Source of the DNA: Parcubacteria group bacterium
GTDB lineage: Bacteria; Patescibacteriota; Minisyncoccia; Phycocordibacterales; UBA2135
Length of the DNA stretch: 64,000 bases
Direction: 5' to 3'
NCBI GenBank assembly: GCA_016180525.1
Contig: JACPBB010000001.1
Span: 11,320-75,319, forward strand
Positions 58,589 through 64,000 of the stretch are shown here, piece after piece. The notes beneath the pieces are model-generated. The model saw only the letters and a list, made by a program, of their open reading frames with translations, ran no database searches and was not told the DNA's origin. The position numbers and the translations under genes were made by a program. Each line of letters begins with the position of its first letter. Positions within the stretch are counted from its first letter, which is position 1.

Positions 58589-58801
58589 TTATATCCTCTT
58601 CACTATTCTACCCCTCCCACCATATGGATCTGTTTCAATCTCAACCCTGTCGCCAACTAAAACTTTTATACGGAACTTGCGCATTTTGCCCGACAAATAT
58701 GCGAGCATAGTTTCTTTGTTCCCAAGCTCTATACGAAATAAGGTGCTGGGCAGCGCTTCTGTCACAACACCAATTACTTTCTCTTGTTTTTTTTCTCTCA
58801 T
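58589..58801 (-). CDS. infA: Translation initiation factor IF-1
   Basis: G.V.EALP...F.IEL, AYLSGKMR..RI.VL.GD.V; promoter TTGACA-17-TAGGAT at 58825-58853. Confidence 0.97.
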   Translation of the reverse strand: MREKKQEKVIGVVTEALPSTLFRIELGNKETMLAYLSGKMRKFRIKVLVGDRVEIETDPYGGRGRIVKRI

Positions 58802-59012
58802 TCGTTTATATAACGATAGTCACCATCCTAACAAAAAGATAAAAACGTGTCAACCCTGTTAGAAGCTTTTGTCATATTTTCACACATTGCTATATATAGC
58901 TATAAGCCAATTCGTTTTGTCAGACCCCACAAAACCTACATTTCAGATGAACTTTTTAACAAAGGCAACTTCATCGCTCAAAAGCGACAGATCCAAGCCT
59001 TTGTTTTCGGCA

Positions 59013-60338
59013 TTATTCCTCAATGATAGTCTCTATATCTATGTCTTTTGGATCATCAGGGAACGACCCTCTCCAAAACGGACGAAGTACGACCTCTGCT
59101 TTTTGAATGCTGGGGTATTGAGTAAGTACCTGTTTAAATTCCTCTTTAGATTTTTTTGCAGTATCTATTTGTAGTTTATTTGGGTCAAATTCCCAAACAA
59201 CATGAGGATTCCCTTGAACAACAAAAGAAAGAACGGTGTCTTCGGTCGGAGAAAATAATTCTTTGTTTGATACTGCAAATGTGAGACTATCCAAATTTTT
59301 TATCATAATTTTTTCTTGCGTGCCCAGGCCTGGGACAAGTATTTTCCCTAAAAATTGAGAGAGACCATTTTCATTAAAAATAAGTCCGTGAAGCGTCCCT
59401 GAAACAATTACATCAACTTCATTTTTATCAACGTTCGTTTGTATAGCGCGAACCTGTCCTTCGTCAAGAGTAAAGAAAACGGCATCATTGTATAAAATAA
59501 ATTCATCCGGTTTTTGTGAATGGGCTTTTTGAAGTAATTTTGAACGCAGAGAAGCTCCAAGTTCATTTTTTGCTTTTTCCAACTGTTCATTTGAGACAGT
59601 TTTAACAATCCCCGAAAATCCTCCGGTCATAGGAGTTTGCGAGCGGGCATAAAACCCAGGAAACCGAGCAGTGCCCTTAAATCCTGGAATGGTAAAATCA
59701 GTTAACGGAATGTTGTATTTCTCTCCTGGAGCATCAGCATATACCGTAACTTCAACAGAGCCTGGAATTTTTTCTCCACTCACGGTCTTCTGTCCTGGAA
59801 TAACTACCGGCTCGCGAATCCGATAGATGAGGCCTTCGGGAGTTTCAAATCGAGTTCGCACCACTAATTGTTGATTCTTTGAATCAAAATTATTGTAGAT
59901 TATTATTTTCCCCGAGGCTTCTTTGTCAACACGCTCCACTTGCGTTGCTGGCAACGTTTTTTTCTCTTCTCCCGAAAGAGTCATTATCTCAAAAGCCAAG
60001 CTGCCCGATACAGCCACACCCCGCTCTGCGGTAAGAGATTCATTTAACGAGAGAACCTGCTGTTTGGGCGTAATTTTTATGGTTGCTTTCTCAAAAAGAG
60101 AAAAAATCGCAAATAAAACAACCACAATGGATAACGCGGCAATGCCCCATACTATAAGCCGTGAATTGCCTTTCCAATTAAAACCGCTTTTTTGAGAAGA
60201 GGCTCTCGCGTATTCTCCAAAGGGCCGCCGTTCTTTTTTCTCAGCCTTAAAACCGACATCTTTCATATTTATAGATGAAGGCTTCTTGAGAGGTTCTTTT
60301 GGAGGGACAATAATATCCTGTAATATTTGTTTTGCCAT
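59013..60338 (-). CDS. Bitopic membrane protein with baseplate-J-like extracytoplasmic domain
   Basis: TM, A.I.ITP, ASG.I.IYN, TRF....G..Y, V.V.A..PG..YN; fold assignment is inference. Confidence 0.65.
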   Translation of the reverse strand: MAKQILQDIIVPPKEPLKKPSSINMKDVGFKAEKKERRPFGEYARASSQKSGFNWKGNSRLIVWGIAALSIVVVLFAIFSLFEKATIKITPKQQVLSLNESLTAERGVAVSGSLAFEIMTLSGEEKKTLPATQVERVDKEASGKIIIYNNFDSKNQQLVVRTRFETPEGLIYRIREPVVIPGQKTVSGEKIPGSVEVTVYADAPGEKYNIPLTDFTIPGFKGTARFPGFYARSQTPMTGGFSGIVKTVSNEQLEKAKNELGASLRSKLLQKAHSQKPDEFILYNDAVFFTLDEGQVRAIQTNVDKNEVDVIVSGTLHGLIFNENGLSQFLGKILVPGLGTQEKIMIKNLDSLTFAVSNKELFSPTEDTVLSFVVQGNPHVVWEFDPNKLQIDTAKKSKEEFKQVLTQYPSIQKAEVVLRPFWRGSFPDDPKDIDIETIIEE

Positions 60339-60452
60339 GCTAAAAAATAATGACCGAGCACTCAAATAAATCTGAGCAATCTGATGTCTATATTGATTAT
60401 TTTATAAAAATTTTTCATAAATATTCTGATGTTATATATTTTGAGTGTTCGG

Positions 60453-60579
60453 GAATATATTTTTTGAGCACCCCCTTCTTTTCGCGCAAGCGCTCAAAAG
60501 GAGGGGGTAAAGGTTTGGCAGCCGCAGTTTTTGAGTTTTTCTCTTCAAAAACTTAAAAACTGCGGGCCAATTCACTTTA
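60453..60579. repeat. ~125-bp dispersed two-hairpin element, copy 2
   Basis: Same flanks and first hairpin as copy 1; compensatory change in the second hairpin. Confidence 0.9.
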
Positions 60580-61794
60580 TTATACCACACCTGCTTTCTT
60601 GTTCAAAAACAAAGATTCCACAATTAAAAATGGATCCTTATAAACACCTAAACCTATGTCACAGTAAGGAGCAAGAGTTTTTTCATCAAATAACGTTACC
60701 TGAAAAGACTTTTCCGCTCCCGTAACGTTTAAAAGTTTGTTTCTAGTAATAATACTCAAAAACCACCCGCGAAGCGGCTCATCAACTGTTAAAAAAATAT
60801 CACGAGGGAATAAAACATTCGAAGAAATATTTTTTAGCTCTTTTGCAAACAAACGAAGCCATTCTGTTTCTGCGTTTGCCAATATTTTTTTTAACCTGTG
60901 CATTTCAAAATCTCCAAGATGCTTTTTCTCGTACATACTAAGCAGTGACTCAGCTTCCCGTATTGAAAGATTAAGTTCAGAGACAACCTGACGAACAACA
61001 GTATTTTTCCCGAAAGGAAACGACACCGTATCATAGAGCACGCCATTTTTGACAATAGACAAATCTGAAATCTCCCCGCTTATATCAAGAAGTAAATAAT
61101 TTTGCTTTTCGTGCCAGATATCACGAACTGCGTTGAAAAAAGCAAATGTGAATGTTGCAAATTGAATTTCAACTCCAGAAAATATTTCTCGCCCGAGGGA
61201 TTCAATTTTTTCTATTGTCGTGGTAAGCATGGAGCTAGCAAATATCGTCATTTCAAGCTCATCGGTCACTTTCCCGATTGGATGGTACGTCGGGTATTTG
61301 TTTAAACGAATATCCAGAACATCTCCTTCAATAATTTCATATTTTTGTTCTACGCGATTCCGAACGTGCGAGGCGTGCATTTTTCGAAATTCATTTAGTT
61401 CTCGCAAAATTAGTTTCCGCATTAAATCTCTCTCAACTAAAAAGGAGTGGTCTTCTTTTTTCTTGATAGTTCTAATCTGCGAGATATGCCATGGACTTGA
61501 GAGTGTAAAGAGGATAAGTACCGGCTTTAATGTATTAAAAAAGGTAAAACGTACATGTGGCAACCCCTCTCGTACAATAAGAAAAGCAACTTCTTGTAAC
61601 GCTTTCGTCATTTTTAAGGTAAGGCCTTCGGGAGTAAGTTTTTTAGATACCTTAATTTCTCTTCGAGATGAATAAAATATTTTAGGGCTGTTGTTTTTAG
61701 AAATACCTACAAGTGCGGCACCAACGGAGGCATTTCCAATGTCAAAAACCACGGCAAGTTTTTCCGTTTTTTTTTTAAACCAAAAAGCTGTCAT
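60580..61794 (-). CDS. Actin-like ATPase-fold protein (FtsA/PilM-like, divergent)
   Basis: VVFDIGNASV, LLLDISGEISD, FG.N.V....L......AES. Start placed at MTAFW. Confidence 0.7.
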   Translation of the reverse strand: MTAFWFKKKTEKLAVVFDIGNASVGAALVGISKNNSPKIFYSSRREIKVSKKLTPEGLTLKMTKALQEVAFLIVREGLPHVRFTFFNTLKPVLILFTLSSPWHISQIRTIKKKEDHSFLVERDLMRKLILRELNEFRKMHASHVRNRVEQKYEIIEGDVLDIRLNKYPTYHPIGKVTDELEMTIFASSMLTTTIEKIESLGREIFSGVEIQFATFTFAFFNAVRDIWHEKQNYLLLDISGEISDLSIVKNGVLYDTVSFPFGKNTVVRQVVSELNLSIREAESLLSMYEKKHLGDFEMHRLKKILANAETEWLRLFAKELKNISSNVLFPRDIFLTVDEPLRGWFLSIITRNKLLNVTGAEKSFQVTLFDEKTLAPYCDIGLGVYKDPFLIVESLFLNKKAGVV

Positions 61795-61900
61795 TACAGT
61801 TATTATATCATGAGATACCATGCTGACGCGCAACCCATTTCCCCACTTTTTCACTACATTTTTTACATAAAAAGCGGAGCATTGCTCCGCTTTTAACTTA

Positions 61901-62386
61901 TTAATCTTTCCAACTAATATTCATGCGCATATGACGATGTTCCGTGCGATTATGTGAACATAACGGATGAGCTGGAAAAAATTCGCAGCCATCATGCACG
62001 GAATCTTGCCATGCCCACTCTACTGTATAGCCTTTTGCCACAAGGGGTTGAGCTATCAGCTCATTTACCATTTGAGCAAGCCGCTCCCTCAATTTCACAT
62101 TTTTGTAATTAATATCATGTAGAGCCAAGTCAGTTCCCTCGCAAGAATATTGCCCTTCAAGAGCGCCATCCTGTATCCATCTTAAGGTTTCTTTTAGCGC
62201 GCTCTTACATTGTGTTTCAAAATCTTTCAAAAGATGTGATTCATACCTCTTTTGTGCCTCTTCTTTTAAAGTCGGTTTTTCTTGGTTAATTTTTTGAGCT
62301 ACCTTTTGAAAAAACGACGCAGGTGGAACGCTAACCGGACGCCTGCCAAACAAAATAGCAGAGAGGCCCATCTGACACTTCCTCAC
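61901..62386 (-). CDS. Hypothetical protein
   Basis: 161-aa ORF; promoter TTGACT-17-TAATTT at 62407-62435; terminator at ~61869-61894. Confidence 0.65.
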   Translation of the reverse strand: MRKCQMGLSAILFGRRPVSVPPASFFQKVAQKINQEKPTLKEEAQKRYESHLLKDFETQCKSALKETLRWIQDGALEGQYSCEGTDLALHDINYKNVKLRERLAQMVNELIAQPLVAKGYTVEWAWQDSVHDGCEFFPAHPLCSHNRTEHRHMRMNISWKD

Positions 62387-62505
62387 AAATAAGAAATCTG
62401 TACCTAAAATTAGACTATGTTAGAATAAAAGTCAAGAAAAATAGTTGACAAATTAAATAATATATGCTAATTTCGTTAAGGCTAAAACAACAGGAGTTAC
62501 GAGCA

Positions 62506-63531
62506 ATGGACAACAGGGTTTTGGTACGTTTTTGGGGAGTGCGCGGCAGCGTCCCCTCACCCTTAACCGCACACGACGTTGCGAGAAAGAAGCTTAAAAT
62601 TCTTGAGGATTATGTTGCTGCAATGAGGTCAGGACGTTACAGCCCAATGCCGACACCGCAAAGCTTTCTTGCGGAGCAGGAACGAGAGACCCCTTCAACA
62701 TACGGCGGTAACACATCTTGCGTTGAGGTGCGATATGAAAACGATATCGTAATTCTTGATATGGGTACGGGGCTTCGGCCACTTGGTAACACGCTTTTCC
62801 CGGAAATGTTCGCACGCAAGGGTTTGGAAGCATACTTTGTTCTTTCCCATGTTCACTGGGACCATATTCAGGGTTTGCCGTTTTTCGGGCCACTATACGT
62901 AAATAAAGCAATTGGTATTTCTAACCGCTGGACATTCCTCGGAGGAGTGGGGTGGCAAAGTACTGCTGAAATATGTCTTAAAGGACAGATGGATCCGCCC
63001 ACATTTCCCGTTGCGTGGAAAGAAATTGAAAAAATGACTGACAATATTACTTATGACGACATGTGGGATGGAAAAAGTGTAAAACTCGGTCAGGCAACAG
63101 CCAGATTTGGAAAACTCAACCATCCGCAGGAAACATACGGCTCCCGCCTACTCTTTCCAAATGGAAAAATTGTTGTATACGCAACCGATCATGAGCCGCA
63201 TGATCCGGCCTGTCCTTATCCACGTTTGGTGTCTCTCGCTCGTGACGCGGATGTGGTTATCACTGATTGCCAATATACAAAAGGACAATATGAGGGCGCT
63301 AAAGAAGAGGGTGGAGTGCCGCGCCACGGATGGGGTCACTCATATCCCGAAGCGATTGCGGCAATGGCGTGTGAGGCAAATGTGAAAACGATTGTTTTGT
63401 TTCACCACGATCCAGCATCGTCAGATGAAAAAATTAAACAGATGGAACAGTATACTCAAAAACTCATTTCTAGCAAAGGGGGAAAAAGCAAGGTTGTTGC
63501 GGCATGGGAAGGTCTTGAGCTTAATCTATAA
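62506..63531 (+). CDS. MBL-fold metallo-hydrolase (PhnP/RNase Z-like phosphodiesterase)
   Basis: FWGVRGS.P, YGGNTSC, SH.HWDHIQG, ATD.E, WGHS, LFHHDP; SD AGGAG; promoter at 62445-62473. Confidence 0.88.
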   Translation: MDNRVLVRFWGVRGSVPSPLTAHDVARKKLKILEDYVAAMRSGRYSPMPTPQSFLAEQERETPSTYGGNTSCVEVRYENDIVILDMGTGLRPLGNTLFPEMFARKGLEAYFVLSHVHWDHIQGLPFFGPLYVNKAIGISNRWTFLGGVGWQSTAEICLKGQMDPPTFPVAWKEIEKMTDNITYDDMWDGKSVKLGQATARFGKLNHPQETYGSRLLFPNGKIVVYATDHEPHDPACPYPRLVSLARDADVVITDCQYTKGQYEGAKEEGGVPRHGWGHSYPEAIAAMACEANVKTIVLFHHDPASSDEKIKQMEQYTQKLISSKGGKSKVVAAWEGLELNL

Positions 63532-63607
63532 ATATTGCGCAATAAAAGTTAAAGAGTCCGGGGAACGGGCTCTTTTTTAAAAAATATATGATACTGTAAA
63601 AATATTT

Positions 63608-64000
63608 TTATTTTTTATCTGACAGGTCTTCAATTATTTGTTCGAGACCTCCCGCGAAAATAGTTTCTATGTTGTGCCAACTTTTTTTAATGCGGTGGTC
63701 GGTAACTCTATCCTGCAGAATATTATATGTCCGTATTTTTTCAGATCTATCCCCCGTGCCAATTTGGTCTTTCCGTTCTTTGGCAAGACTTTTGTTTTCT
63801 TCATCTTCCTTCATTTGCTGCAATTTTGCCGCAAGAACAGAAAGGGCCCGAACTCTATTTTGCTGTTGATTGCGTTCGTTTGTAGAGCGTACGACAATAC
63901 CGCTCGGTTTGTGCAAAATGCGCACCGCGCTTTCAACTTTGTTGACATTTTGCCCCCCAGGACCCCCTCCGCGTGAAAACGCAACTTCAATATCACCTGG
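63608..64000 (-). CDS. prfA: Peptide chain release factor 1, C-terminal part (truncated by window end)
   Basis: [32 protein letters not shown]. Confidence 0.95.
   Translation of the reverse strand, partial: PGDIEVAFSRGGGPGGQNVNKVESAVRILHKPSGIVVRSTNERNQQQNRVRALSVLAAKLQQMKEDEENKSLAKERKDQIGTGDRSEKIRTYNILQDRVTDHRIKKSWHNIETIFAGGLEQIIEDLSDKK

Noticed and set aside
58860-59010. Possible ncRNA upstream of the infA promoter
   Set aside because: Only short hairpins, with no recognisable family motif or second copy.

Overview
Low-GC bacterial chromosome segment using the standard code (TGA acts as stop). Gene content and style suggest a Patescibacteria/CPR (Parcubacteria-like) organism; this is an inference. 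Bases 1-21 kb form an accessory cell-surface island: a sulfatase fragment, two PaaK-like adenylate-forming proteins, a GNAT, eight paralogous membrane-anchored Cys/His-rich proteins (three fused to a non-blue cupredoxin), three small OB-fold-like paralogues, an O-antigen-ligase-like/TPR protein and three mini-fibre genes, one with a (xQGYYY)n repeat. Bases 21-64 kb are mostly housekeeping genes (cysS, corA, rplI, rpmA, gltX, murG-ftsW-mraY, scpAB, aspS, trpS, grpE-dnaK-dnaJ, infA through rpsI, prfA). These are interrupted by orphan genes, a DUF4258/DUF2283 cassette beside dif-like palindromes, and one very GC-rich orphan. The clearest non-coding signals are at least 10 heptamer-repeat hairpins, nine oriented with transcription and most filling stop-to-start gaps, and a two-copy ~125-bp structured repeat with a compensatory change. 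No rRNA, tRNA, CRISPR array or transposase was seen.
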